Below, piece by piece: positions 17,703 through 28,005 of a DNA stretch of 64,000 nt; position 1 is the stretch's first letter; each line of letters opens with the position of its first letter. Below the pieces are notes generated by a model. The model saw only the letters and a program-made list of their open reading frames with translations, was not told the DNA's origin and did no database searches. This DNA comes from a virus. Its lineage: Duplodnaviria; Heunggongvirae; Uroviricota; Caudoviricetes. The translations under genes were made by a program, and so were the position numbers. Where the stretch lies: IMG/VR virus record IMGVR_UViG_3300037087_000772, positions 1 through 64,000 of that record, one strand, 5' to 3'.

Positions 17703-18923
17703 ATGAAAAATTTTCCACATCAATTCAGTGATTTAAAAAAATTAACAAAATCATTAGAAATAGCTAAACAATTAATAGATAATGGAGATCCTTTAACAGA
17801 CGAAAAGTTTGGAGAACAGTTAACGAGAAAAGGTATTTATACATATAGAGAAACTTCTCTTTCAACAGATGAATTTTTACAAAAGGAAAATCAAAAATTG
17901 ATTCAAAATAGGGGGTATCTTACTGTATCAAGGGAAATTAGAAGATTTTTGGATTTGTTAGGATTTATTGTTGTTCATCCAGACAAAACAGCAAAATTAA
18001 CAACGATGGGGAATGAAATATTAAAATTCCCGAATGATCAAGAATTATGGAAGAATGCTTTATCACAATTAAGGCTCGAATCCACAAATGGAGAAATTAG
18101 TCACCCATATAGAATTTTACTTAAACTTGTGAGTACTTTTTCGGGAATAGAAATAAAAAAATTAATGTTGGCTTTGGAAGCTGAAAATGACTCAGACGAT
18201 GAATTTGAGAGAATATCAAATTTGGTTAACAAAGATATTGATTATATTATTCAACTTCTTAATATAACAGAATCAATAGCTGACAATTCAGTTAAAATAT
18301 TACCAAGTATTGCTGAACAATTGGGTAATATAGAAAAAATAAAAAATAAGATATATCTAACTGGCCATGTTATAATTACCGAAGATGGCATTATATCATC
18401 TGATAGTTATAAAAAAGAGAAAATAAAAATAAATTTTGTAAGTGCCCAAGAAATAGCAAAAGCACCATTTTTTAAAAATTTACCATCTCTTTATATCGAT
18501 CCAACTGAATCTAATAGAATCAGAGAAAAAAGAACCGATCATCATCATAAAGATCTTCGTGATCTTTCTTTCTTACTCGAAAAATATGGATTTAAATTTC
18601 GTCAAAATCCCTTTGATTTATTAGCTGTAAATAATGATATTGTTCTTCTTTATGAAATGAAAACGATTTCAAATGATTTATCTGATGAAATGGAACAATC
18701 AATCAAGGGTCTTGGTCAGTTGAGAGCATATAATTATTTTCAACTATTAAAAAAGGGATATGAAAATGCTAAAAAAATAATTGTATTTTCCCAGAAACCA
18801 TCAAATGAAATAATAGATTTTTTTATAAGTGAAAATATTTCAACTATTTGGAAAAATAATGAGAATTTTGAGATATTTAATTCAACAACGAGAATGATAG
18901 AAATATATAATCCAATGATATGA
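17703..18923 (+). CDS. hypothetical protein
   Basis: 406-aa ORF immediately after ung. Confidence 0.45.
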   Translation: MKNFPHQFSDLKKLTKSLEIAKQLIDNGDPLTDEKFGEQLTRKGIYTYRETSLSTDEFLQKENQKLIQNRGYLTVSREIRRFLDLLGFIVVHPDKTAKLTTMGNEILKFPNDQELWKNALSQLRLESTNGEISHPYRILLKLVSTFSGIEIKKLMLALEAENDSDDEFERISNLVNKDIDYIIQLLNITESIADNSVKILPSIAEQLGNIEKIKNKIYLTGHVIITEDGIISSDSYKKEKIKINFVSAQEIAKAPFFKNLPSLYIDPTESNRIREKRTDHHHKDLRDLSFLLEKYGFKFRQNPFDLLAVNNDIVLLYEMKTISNDLSDEMEQSIKGLGQLRAYNYFQLLKKGYENAKKIIVFSQKPSNEIIDFFISENISTIWKNNENFEIFNSTTRMIEIYNPMI

Positions 18924-19032
18924 AAAGAAAAAAGATGATATCATTCATTCAATGTCTGAGGAAATTAACCTTTGGAGAAAAAATTTTAATGAATCTCAGG
19001 GAACAATAAAAATTTAACTGAAAATAATAACA

Positions 19033-19449
19033 ATGGAAAACAATGATTTAATAGCTGAATTCATGGGTTACGAGAAAGTGACAGTTGGTTATTTTGGAAC
19101 CGATGATGAAACAGAATGGCAAAAAGAACATGATTATTGGATGTTTGATGTAGGATTGACAGAAATTGGTGATTACTATGTGAATGTACCAAAGAAAGAA
19201 TTCTATAAAATTGAAAATATGGAATTGTGGTATGGTGAATGGAATAAACTGATGAATGTGATAGAAAAAATTGAAAACATGGGTTATGAAGTTTCTATAA
19301 TAAACAATGAATGTGAAATAGGAGAAGATGTAGATGCTGAACATTATGTGGGTTTAGTATGTAAACAAGAAAAATATAAAATCACATCAGTATATTCAGC
19401 AATAGTTGAATTTATTAATTGGTATAATAATAAAGAAAAGAAATTATGA
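19033..19449 (+). CDS. hypothetical protein
   Basis: 138-aa ORF. Confidence 0.4.
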   Translation: MENNDLIAEFMGYEKVTVGYFGTDDETEWQKEHDYWMFDVGLTEIGDYYVNVPKKEFYKIENMELWYGEWNKLMNVIEKIENMGYEVSIINNECEIGEDVDAEHYVGLVCKQEKYKITSVYSAIVEFINWYNNKEKKL

Positions 19450-19772
19450 GATGTCCATATTGTAACTCCGACCTCATCTATGAGGAAGAATATTATAGAG
19501 GAAAACCCGGTAGAAATGTAAATGGAAGTCAACCATATCCTATTGGATATTACTCTGAACCATCTTCAAATTATAAAGTATTGGGAGAAATATTCCGTTG
19601 TCCAAACGCTAATGGATTTGAAGATGAATCCGAAGCGATTGAATATGCTAAAAATAATGACATAGAATATTCAGAAGTAAGTGAAATTGTATGTGAAAGT
19701 AATTGTCATCATGTCTGTGGATCTTTTTATACAGATGAAGATGGAAATCTACATAATGGATTTCCTTGTTGA
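19446..19772 (+). CDS. hypothetical Cys-containing protein
   Basis: 108 aa; MRCPYCNSD… zinc-ribbon-like start. Confidence 0.35.
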   Translation: MRCPYCNSDLIYEEEYYRGKPGRNVNGSQPYPIGYYSEPSSNYKVLGEIFRCPNANGFEDESEAIEYAKNNDIEYSEVSEIVCESNCHHVCGSFYTDEDGNLHNGFPC

Positions 19773-19789
19773 AAAAATAAAAAAATATT

Positions 19790-19984
19790 ATGAATATATT
19801 GGAAAACGCTTCGAATGAAGATATATTGAAATTTAAATTATTATGTAAGGATGATAAACAAACAGATGAACAGGTAGAACTTGTTTTTTTAAATATTGAA
19901 ATATGTAATGAATGGGAAATAAATGAAGTTGTTAGTATTTTGGAACAATACCGACCAAATATTTTCAATAAATATAATATTTAG
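19790..19984 (+). CDS. small hypothetical protein
   Basis: 64-aa ORF. Confidence 0.25.
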   Translation: MNILENASNEDILKFKLLCKDDKQTDEQVELVFLNIEICNEWEINEVVSILEQYRPNIFNKYNI

Positions 19985-20498
19985 AATGAAAATCAATATA
20001 AAGATTGTTCCATTGATAAATAATTTTTCAAGAGATTTAGTTGAGAAAGATAAAGAATACATTTATTTGTTTACGGATAACTCTGGTAGAACATCTGGAA
20101 AAATTCCAATCCAAGATGGATGGTATAAAAACAAATATGGTAAAAATAAAATACTAAAATATCCAACCATGACTCAAGCTGTTATCAGGGGGTTGGATAA
20201 CGCTTATCCGATAACAACAACTGTTGATGATAAACGAACACAATGGAAAGACTATATGTTTGAAGAATATAAATCTATTATAGATGATGAAATAGATCAA
20301 ATTATAAATATTCTAAAAACAGAAAAGTATATAGGAATTAAATTCTCAGCAATAATGACATTTGGAAAAGGGAAAATATCCAACATGAAAGAAACATCTC
20401 CGTTATGTTGGAATTATCTCAATACCAAATTAATGAAAATTAAAATAGATAATACTGGTGAGAAACCAATATTTTCAATAAAAAATACTAATATATAA
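19923..20498 (+). CDS. hypothetical protein
   Basis: 191-aa ORF (true start may be internal). Confidence 0.35.
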   Translation: MKLLVFWNNTDQIFSINIIFRMKINIKIVPLINNFSRDLVEKDKEYIYLFTDNSGRTSGKIPIQDGWYKNKYGKNKILKYPTMTQAVIRGLDNAYPITTTVDDKRTQWKDYMFEEYKSIIDDEIDQIINILKTEKYIGIKFSAIMTFGKGKISNMKETSPLCWNYLNTKLMKIKIDNTGEKPIFSIKNTNI

Positions 20499-20514
20499 AA
20501 ATAAACTAAGGACT

Positions 20515-20847
20515 ATGAAAATTGATGATTTTATCAAACAAGAACTACTTTCCTCTTTCCAAAAACAATATAAAAAAAGTGAACTTTTATCTCATTTAGA
20601 ATCTGATACAACCAGAATCATTGATTTTATAGTAGAAGAATTTTCTCCAAAATCTGCAACTATCAGATTTAATGATAATTTTGCTTTCCTATCAATTCTA
20701 TATGATAGTAAAATACTATATTTATATGTTCAGTTTTATCAAAACAGAAAAACAGCAGTTAAAATTGTATCCACAGATGGTAAAAAAGAAAAAGCCGTTT
20801 TTAAGGGTGATATAGATGAATTTATTGATTTATACCGTAAAAAATGA
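20515..20847 (+). CDS. hypothetical protein
   Basis: 110-aa ORF. Confidence 0.4.
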   Translation: MKIDDFIKQELLSSFQKQYKKSELLSHLESDTTRIIDFIVEEFSPKSATIRFNDNFAFLSILYDSKILYLYVQFYQNRKTAVKIVSTDGKKEKAVFKGDIDEFIDLYRKK

Positions 20848-21428
20848 AAATAGTTAGACCGTGTAATGTTTTATATTGTGGAATGGCTGATGATATTCTA
20901 CATCCTTTGTTACTTGTTCCAGAATTAACCAAATTATTTGTTATTGATTATTTCGATTCAGCTTTTGCTAAAAATGGAACTTGGGAAGGTCAAAAGAAAG
21001 ATATATTAGAAATTCTGACCTCTGGTAACAATAAAAACTCACGTCATAGAGAGGTTTATTCTCATTATTATAAAAAAGTTCCTATTTATTATTTAGATGA
21101 TCCATGTAAAATAATAAAACAATTAGATGAAAATAAATGCTGGGAGGTGGATTTTATGTATAAGGGAATCAAAAGAGAATTGAATTATTTTCATCATACA
21201 AATTTTATATCTAAATGGAATAAAGATATTAGTGATATCTCTCATGTTATGAGTATGGGAGCTGTGTTTCCAATTTCAGATAAAAAACTAAAAAAAATGT
21301 TGATTGAAAGAACAACCCCCGATTGTAAATATTATGATGAATTTTTTGAAGAAAAAGATACTGTAAAGAAAGAAGTATTAGGTAGAACCATTTATATAAA
21401 CGAACTAAATTCGGTGATTAAAAATTAA
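20844..21428 (+). CDS. hypothetical protein
   Basis: 194-aa ORF overlapping the upstream stop. Confidence 0.4.
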   Translation: MKIVRPCNVLYCGMADDILHPLLLVPELTKLFVIDYFDSAFAKNGTWEGQKKDILEILTSGNNKNSRHREVYSHYYKKVPIYYLDDPCKIIKQLDENKCWEVDFMYKGIKRELNYFHHTNFISKWNKDISDISHVMSMGAVFPISDKKLKKMLIERTTPDCKYYDEFFEEKDTVKKEVLGRTIYINELNSVIKN

Positions 21429-21456
21429 TATATACGGAAAAAGAATACTGAATTAA

Positions 21457-22203
21457 ATGGAAGAATTCAAAATACCAGATAATATTCCTGTCATTGACAA
21501 ACCAGAAGAATATGAGAAAGTAATAGGTGTACAACCAGAACAAACTCCACCACCAGCCATTACCCAGCAACCAGTAGAATTAAAGCCGGGAATTTCGATT
21601 GTTGAAAGATCCTTTGAGGGATTTAATATACCAGATAACATCTCTGTTTATGAAAAACCAGAAGATGCTTATCAAGTTCCAAGTAATGTTCCAGTAGTCG
21701 AGAATACGAAATCAGAAGAAAAACCTGAAATTAAAATTTCAGAAGAAGAATTGGATATTTGGAAACGAATTGAAGAAGAATTAGGTGATGTCACCACTTC
21801 TAATAAATTCGTATCTTTTGATGGGGAAATCAATAAAATAGATGAAAAAAAACTTTGTGAATGGTTAAAAGAAAAACTTTCAGGAATTTCATTTTGTCAA
21901 ACATATCTCACCGATAAAATAGATGGTGATAATGGTATAGTAAAAGAAAATTCCACTTTGATGTTAAAAACTGATAAAGGAAGTAAATTTTTCCTCAACA
22001 AGGCCGGAAAATATCACCGTTTAGATGGACCTGCAATCGAATGGATGTATGGAGCCAATGAATACTTTAAGAATGGCATAAGACACAGAATTGGGGGGCC
22101 AGCCTATGAAAATAAAGATGAAAAACAATTTTGGTTCGAGGGAAAACAATATAGTGAAGTAGAATATTGGAAAATTTCTCAGGAAATAGAAAACTTAAAG
22201 TAA
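21457..22203 (+). CDS. hypothetical protein with Pro-rich N-terminus and C-terminal tandem HRxDGPA-type repeats
   Basis: 248 aa; KYHRLDGPAIEWMYG…NGIRHRIGGPAYENKDEKQFWFEGKQY. Promoter-like TTAATATATAC 22 nt upstream. Confidence 0.4.
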   Translation: MEEFKIPDNIPVIDKPEEYEKVIGVQPEQTPPPAITQQPVELKPGISIVERSFEGFNIPDNISVYEKPEDAYQVPSNVPVVENTKSEEKPEIKISEEELDIWKRIEEELGDVTTSNKFVSFDGEINKIDEKKLCEWLKEKLSGISFCQTYLTDKIDGDNGIVKENSTLMLKTDKGSKFFLNKAGKYHRLDGPAIEWMYGANEYFKNGIRHRIGGPAYENKDEKQFWFEGKQYSEVEYWKISQEIENLK

Positions 22204-22235
22204 TTTTATTCATATAATATCTAAAAAGATATATT

Positions 22236-22715
22236 GTGGATTTTCAAACACCATCCGAAGTTTGTGATTATATGGTTTCGTTAATGAAATCAGATAATTT
22301 AAAAAATCATCTTAAAATTTTAGAACCAACTCCCGGTGAAGGAAATTTAGTAAATGCTCTTAGAAGATTAACATTCAATGAAGTTATAGCACCAGATGAT
22401 TTTTGGAATATAGATGAAACAGAATACTTTGATTATATAATTATGAATCCACCGTTTAGTCCAATGGAAATGGGTTATAAAATATTATATCGTTGTATGA
22501 ATATGAGTAATAGAATCATAGCTTTAATGCCTTGGTTAACAATAATAAACAGTGAAAAAAGAACAAAAGATATAATGAATTTCGGTTTAAGATCAATTAC
22601 ACATTTACCAAGAAATGTATTTAAAGGAAGTAGGGTACAATGTTGTGTATTGGAAATGGAAAAAGATTTTCGTGAGGAAACAAAATTTAAAACATTTAAT
22701 TTTAAAAATGAATAA
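22236..22715 (+). CDS. small SAM-dependent N6-adenine methyltransferase-like protein (motif I … NPPF)
   Basis: 159 aa; ILEPTPGEGNL is motif I and IIMNPPFSP is motif IV (NPPF), a gamma-type order. Too short to carry a target recognition domain. Confidence 0.4.
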   Translation: MDFQTPSEVCDYMVSLMKSDNLKNHLKILEPTPGEGNLVNALRRLTFNEVIAPDDFWNIDETEYFDYIIMNPPFSPMEMGYKILYRCMNMSNRIIALMPWLTIINSEKRTKDIMNFGLRSITHLPRNVFKGSRVQCCVLEMEKDFREETKFKTFNFKNE

Positions 22716-22807
22716 TATGAAAGATAATTATAGAATATGGTATAATTTAGATCATGGAATAAGAGTTGTAAAATTTTTTACAATACTTACTTATCCATTA
22801 TTTCCAA

Positions 22808-23044
22808 TTGATGAAAATCAATTTAAAAAATAATAAAAATAAGATGAGATATTCAGAAACATTTAAAAAAAGTCAAACCAAAACAGTTGCTAATGGATTT
22901 GAGATTGCAGTAGAATGTAATAAAGTTCTTAATGTTGAAAATGAAAATAGTGAACTTATTAAGTTTCAATATGATAAGAAAAACGGAACATTAACAGTTT
23001 TGGAGGGTTTTAAATTAGTAACAGTAACTTACGAAGGAAAATAA
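22808..23044 (+). CDS. small hypothetical protein
   Basis: 78-aa ORF. Confidence 0.3.
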   Translation: MMKINLKNNKNKMRYSETFKKSQTKTVANGFEIAVECNKVLNVENENSELIKFQYDKKNGTLTVLEGFKLVTVTYEGK

Positions 23045-23493
23045 TGTTTGAAAAAAGTATAGATATTGGTCAGAATGGAGAAATCGTTGTTGAAGATGTA
23101 TCCTTGCTTCCAAAAGTAAAGAATATAAGTTCTAAAACAATAGGAAGTGATATAGTAGGATTCAAACCAAACAGCGAACTCCCACCTGATTATGATACTT
23201 GGAAAGAACCAGATATTGATTATTTGAAAATCAATGATTTGTCAGAACTGAAAGATTATATAAATAACTGGTTCAAGGAACATCCAAAAGTTCCTAAGGA
23301 ATGGTTACAGGTTACTAAGATAGCACAATATTCCTTTTTTGAAAAAACAAAACCAGCCTCTTTTATTCAGATTTTTGTTGATTCACCAGTTGAAAACTTT
23401 TTAGATGATATTCGTTTTAATCATCAAGAAGTTGGAAAATTACCAATAACTTATGATATAAAAGAAGTTGAAAATATTCTGAAAAATGTATAG
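23044..23493 (+). CDS. hypothetical protein
   Basis: 149-aa ORF. Confidence 0.4.
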   Translation: MFEKSIDIGQNGEIVVEDVSLLPKVKNISSKTIGSDIVGFKPNSELPPDYDTWKEPDIDYLKINDLSELKDYINNWFKEHPKVPKEWLQVTKIAQYSFFEKTKPASFIQIFVDSPVENFLDDIRFNHQEVGKLPITYDIKEVENILKNV

Positions 23494-23701
23494 ATGTGGT
23501 TATTGTGGAACACCTACCGATGAACATGGTGTACCATTGAATAATTGTAGTGAAATAAGTGAATCGGAATTGGACAATGCAACTCTAACTCAGGGTGAGT
23601 GTTGTAGAGAACAGGAAGAAGAAAAATATGTCATTATAACAAGAGATATGGCCATTGACGCGGGTGACCCATCTCTCGAAGGTCAAAGATGGAAATGGTA
23701 A
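23486..23701 (+). CDS. small Cys-rich hypothetical protein
   Basis: 71 aa; CGYCGTP…CCRE. Confidence 0.3.
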   Translation: MYRCGYCGTPTDEHGVPLNNCSEISESELDNATLTQGECCREQEEEKYVIITRDMAIDAGDPSLEGQRWKW

Positions 23702-24000
23702 AAATTAAATGAAATAAAATGCAAACACTTATTTTTTCTATAATGGTAATAATTGGTATTTATGCCGTTTATTGTATAATCGATATATTCAGAATTCACA
23801 AAAAGATTTTTGGTAAAAATTCAAAATCAGATGAAGAAAAAATCTAAAAAATACTATTATATAATCACTGAGACAGAATGTGTTCTTTGTGGTCGTGGTA
23901 AAACAACAAGAGAAAGAGTCTATGGTAAAAAACCGAAAGACCCTTGGAAAACCCACATATTTGAACAGTATGCTTGTGGTGAACATTTTATTTAAAAAAT

Positions 24001-24768
24001 ATGGAGCCTCATATAATTTCAGTAAGTCGTAGAGAAGATATTCCCGCATTCCGTGGCGATTGGTTCATGGAGAAAATAAAAAAGGGGTATGTTAATATGG
24101 TAAATCCTTGGTCAACATATACCATATCTTTCGAAAAAGTGAAATTGGCTGTATTCTGGTCGAAGAATCCAAGACCTTTTATGAAATATCTGGATTCTTT
24201 ACCATTCAAATATTATTTCCAATTTACATTAAATGGATATCCAGAATATGAATTAGAAGTCCCACCGATATTAGAAAGAATTGAAACTTTCAAGGAATTA
24301 TCAGATAAAATAGGTAGGGAGTGTGTAATATGGAGATTTGACCCGATTATTATTTCTGATAAAATAACAGAAGAAAAACTTTTAAGAAGAATTGAAAAAA
24401 TTGGGAATGAAATACATAATTATACAGAAAAACTTGTATTTAGTTATATTGATCCCTATAAAAAATTGGGTAATAAATTCAAAGAAGTTCCTGATGATGT
24501 TAAAATTAGAATTTCTAAACAATTAATAGAATTCAATAAAGATTGGGGATTGAAATTAGCCACCTGTGCCGAATCAATTAATTTGGATGGTATAGAACAT
24601 AATAAATGTGTAGATCCTGAATTAATTGAACGAATATGTGGAAAACAAAGATGGATAACGAGTACAAAGGATAAAAATCAAAGAACTGAATGTGGATGTA
24701 TCCAAAGTGGAGATATAGGAACATTTAAAACCTGTAAGCATCATTGTACATACTGTTACGCTTGTTAA
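24001..24768 (+). CDS. DUF1848-like protein (C-terminal Cys cluster CxC…C..HHCTYCYAC)
   Basis: 255 aa; ISVSRREDIPAF…FWSKNP…CGCIQSGDIGTFKTCKHHCTYCYAC matches my recollection of the DUF1848 family. Confidence 0.45.
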   Translation: MEPHIISVSRREDIPAFRGDWFMEKIKKGYVNMVNPWSTYTISFEKVKLAVFWSKNPRPFMKYLDSLPFKYYFQFTLNGYPEYELEVPPILERIETFKELSDKIGRECVIWRFDPIIISDKITEEKLLRRIEKIGNEIHNYTEKLVFSYIDPYKKLGNKFKEVPDDVKIRISKQLIEFNKDWGLKLATCAESINLDGIEHNKCVDPELIERICGKQRWITSTKDKNQRTECGCIQSGDIGTFKTCKHHCTYCYAC

Positions 24769-24997
24769 ATAAAATATGAAATATGAGAGAATTATTAGAT
24801 AATAAATGGATTATCGATTTTGACCAAGAAAGTATTGATATTCGAGATTTACAGATTATAATTCTTGATGCTCTTTCTAATGGTTATAAGACAGTTAAAC
24901 TATCAATAGAACAGGATTCTATTACTGAGGATAACGAGGAAGGTACAATTAACTATTATCCTACTGCTAAATTGATATTTGAAAAATTTTAATATAA

Positions 24998-25582
24998 TTG
25001 AAGATGGAAAATAAAAAATTAGATGAATTAAATGAATTATTAACAAATAATTCTTTACCAGAAATTTTAGTAGAATTTTTAAAGGAATATTCGTACTATG
25101 TTCCAGAGAGGGTAAAACCGTATGATATTTTTCAACAAATATTAAAAAAGAAAGTATCTTATTTAAATAGTCAGAACAATCCGAACTTTGAAATTTTAAG
25201 TTTTTATACAAATAAAAAACATGAATGGATTTCTACCAAAAAAGGATTTTTCGGGAATGTAAAAGAAAAAAAGAACTATACAAACGAAAAAATAGTGATT
25301 AGTAAAGGTACTGATGAATTTAATAATATAATTTCCAATAATATCGGAGATTTTAGAATTTATTCGGTATTAAGAAAAAATGATAATACTATATTGACCG
25401 TTGAGGATAAAACTACATATCATAATTCATTCGACCCCCCTGATTATTTTGAAAAAATAGGTAGATTTTGTTTGGATGGTGAATATTATATGAATTGGGA
25501 ATTAAAAAGTGAATCTGGAATTCAAGTTGCTTTTGGTGGTGGAACATTTATTGATATAAAAAATATAATTCTAAAGAATTAA
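24998..25582 (+). CDS. hypothetical protein
   Basis: 194-aa ORF. Confidence 0.4.
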   Translation: MKMENKKLDELNELLTNNSLPEILVEFLKEYSYYVPERVKPYDIFQQILKKKVSYLNSQNNPNFEILSFYTNKKHEWISTKKGFFGNVKEKKNYTNEKIVISKGTDEFNNIISNNIGDFRIYSVLRKNDNTILTVEDKTTYHNSFDPPDYFEKIGRFCLDGEYYMNWELKSESGIQVAFGGGTFIDIKNIILKN

Positions 25583-25586
25583 AATT

Positions 25587-26117
25587 ATGAAAATTTATGA
25601 TGATGATGAAATAAGAAGAATGGCTGGTCATCCAGACTGTGTTGATATATATGAAGTCAATGGGTTTCTAAGAGGATTTAGAAAAGCCCAAGAATTACTT
25701 TTATTTAAAAATGAATTTTTGGATAATAGTAGAAATCAATATCTGGATAATAGTAGAAATCAATATTCAAAAAATGGACTTCCATTCATGTACCCACATT
25801 TAGAAGAAGATAAAATTTTTAATGATAATTTTGATGAAATTGAAAAATATGCTAAGGAATGTCAGATAAATCAATATGGAGATTTTGGTAAACCGAAAAG
25901 TAATAATTATCCAGAATTCAGATTTCAATATAAAGGAATCATTCATCCCACACATTATGATTTCACATTCAAAAATGCTTTATTTCGTTATTGTTGGGTA
26001 GAACCATTTGAAGAATATAGGATGGGTAATCAAGTAGATATTTTTTATAGAACTGGTAGTTATTATGTAATTTTTGATTATGAAAAAGAAGGTTATGATG
26101 ATTATAAGTTAAAATGA
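25587..26117 (+). CDS. hypothetical protein containing an in-frame 24-bp tandem duplication (LDNSRNQY ×2)
   Basis: 176-aa ORF; ctggataatagtagaaatcaatat repeated at about 25728..25775. Confidence 0.4.
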   Translation: MKIYDDDEIRRMAGHPDCVDIYEVNGFLRGFRKAQELLLFKNEFLDNSRNQYLDNSRNQYSKNGLPFMYPHLEEDKIFNDNFDEIEKYAKECQINQYGDFGKPKSNNYPEFRFQYKGIIHPTHYDFTFKNALFRYCWVEPFEEYRMGNQVDIFYRTGSYYVIFDYEKEGYDDYKLK

Positions 26118-26124
26118 AATAATT

Positions 26125-26670
26125 ATGAAAAAAAGAAATATAAAAACATATCAAGATTGGGAAAAATCCGAACTCAATTTGAGTGAATTCTTATCCGAAA
26201 ATGACGAAATAGATTATGAAATTTATGAACATATATTGTGTGAATACTGTCCGCCTAATTATGATGATGAAATTATTGGTCAATGTGGTGAAGCATGGGA
26301 TGAAAGGGATGGAGTATTCTATTACGAAACAGTAAAACAAAAAGATGATAAATACTTCTATCTTGGTATTCTTCCTGATAAAAATATTAAAACAAAAACT
26401 AAACCAGAAAAATCAGTAAAAGAAGAATTAAAAATCGGAGATCCTGTTCAGGTAATGGATAGTGGTCTATTAATGTTTCAGTCATTTGCCCCGAAGAACT
26501 CCTTTCCAAACAATTATGGTCGAATAAGTGAAATATGGGAACAGGATTATTTGATTGAATTTCCATTAACTGGTGGATCGAAAAATAAATTGGGGTATGA
26601 TGAACACAGTCAAGTTGCACCATATCCGAAACATCTGGTACATAAACGAGAATTATTCAAAAAATTATAA
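26125..26670 (+). CDS. hypothetical protein
   Basis: 181-aa ORF. Confidence 0.4.
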   Translation: MKKRNIKTYQDWEKSELNLSEFLSENDEIDYEIYEHILCEYCPPNYDDEIIGQCGEAWDERDGVFYYETVKQKDDKYFYLGILPDKNIKTKTKPEKSVKEELKIGDPVQVMDSGLLMFQSFAPKNSFPNNYGRISEIWEQDYLIEFPLTGGSKNKLGYDEHSQVAPYPKHLVHKRELFKKL

Positions 26671-26675
26671 TATTT

Positions 26676-27149
26676 ATGACAGAAAATGATATTTTAGCAC
26701 TAAGTTGGAAACAACCATTTGCTAGTCTGATGTTATGTGGGAAAATTGAAACCAGAGTATGGAAAACTAAATACAGGGGTGAAGTATTGATATGTGCTTC
26801 TAAGAAGTCATATTCATTAAAGGAATTAAATGATATTTGTGGACAGTATCAATTGTATAGAATATTTGACACTTTACATTGTGATCTTGGTTGTGTAGAT
26901 GATCTTTGTGGATTGGCTATAGCCATTGGAAGATTAGTTGATTGTAGACCAATGCAAAAAACAGATGAAGATAATTGTTTCGCTTTATACAATCCTGATT
27001 TGTGGTGCCATGTTTATGAGGATGTTAGAGAAATAAAACCATTTCCATTCAGGGGAAAACAAGGTTGGTCTAAATTGGATAAGACAACTTTTGACAAAAT
27101 TGAGTATATAAATTATGAAAAGGATCTAAGAGAATGGCTAAAGAAATAA
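26676..27149 (+). CDS. ASCH domain protein
   Basis: 157 aa; LSWKQPFASLMLCGKIETRVWKTKYRGEVLICAS matches the ASCH N-terminal signature. Confidence 0.5.
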   Translation: MTENDILALSWKQPFASLMLCGKIETRVWKTKYRGEVLICASKKSYSLKELNDICGQYQLYRIFDTLHCDLGCVDDLCGLAIAIGRLVDCRPMQKTDEDNCFALYNPDLWCHVYEDVREIKPFPFRGKQGWSKLDKTTFDKIEYINYEKDLREWLKK

Positions 27150-27511
27150 CAATTAAAGAACTTATTGAGATTTTACAACATCATTTAAGTATGTTGAAAG
27201 AAGAATCTACACTTTTTGATGTAGGTACTACTATTGGAATATCTACAAGTCTTTCACTTCAAGATGTGAATGGTTGGAGAAAAGAAGATTTGGAATGGGG
27301 TATAAAGTATGGATTGGGTTGGAAAGATGGTACAAGTGATCAAGTCATAAAAGATTATGAACTTCATAAAAAAGCTAGTTCACTGTCAAGATCTGTTCAT
27401 GATCTTATTGGGTTAGAAAAGGATTTAAAGAATCTTGAAGATGAAGAAAAAAGAATAAGGGCTATTGAATCGATTGAGGATAATTCTCATGATGATATTC
27501 CCTTTCTTTAA
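27134..27511 (+). CDS. hypothetical protein
   Basis: 125-aa ORF. Confidence 0.35.
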   Translation: MAKEITIKELIEILQHHLSMLKEESTLFDVGTTIGISTSLSLQDVNGWRKEDLEWGIKYGLGWKDGTSDQVIKDYELHKKASSLSRSVHDLIGLEKDLKNLEDEEKRIRAIESIEDNSHDDIPFL

Positions 27512-27513
27512 GA

Positions 27514-27987
27514 ATGACATACAAAATTATATTTTTGGATTTTGATGGTGTGTTAATTCCAGCCAGTGCCAAGGGATTCAATATGAGAAATATTGACAAT
27601 CTCAATGAACTTATTCGTAAAACGGGGGCTAAAATAGTTGTAACCTCAGATTGGAAAAGAAAACACGATGTTACAAAAATTTTATATGATAATGGTGTTA
27701 AAGGTGAAATACTTGGAATCACTCCGAATTTTTCGATTAAAGAAGATGAAACCATTAAAGTTCCCAAAGGATTAGAAATTAAAGAATGGTTAAATAAGTT
27801 TAATTCATTCGATGGTGAAAATGAACTAAAATATGTTACGAATTATGTTATCTTAGATGACCATCATATTGATATGTTAGTTGAACAAATAGACAATATG
27901 GTGGAAATAGATCAGACTAAAGGATTCGATGGTAAAGCTCTGAAAGACGCTATATCCATATTAATAAGAGATGAAATAATTATTTAA
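27514..27987 (+). CDS. HAD-superfamily hydrolase/phosphatase-like protein
   Basis: 157 aa; IIFLDFDGVL is HAD motif I (DxDG[TV]L); VVTSDW. Confidence 0.45.
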   Translation: MTYKIIFLDFDGVLIPASAKGFNMRNIDNLNELIRKTGAKIVVTSDWKRKHDVTKILYDNGVKGEILGITPNFSIKEDETIKVPKGLEIKEWLNKFNSFDGENELKYVTNYVILDDHHIDMLVEQIDNMVEIDQTKGFDGKALKDAISILIRDEIII

Positions 27988-28005
27988 AAAAGAAATACTA
28001 CACGG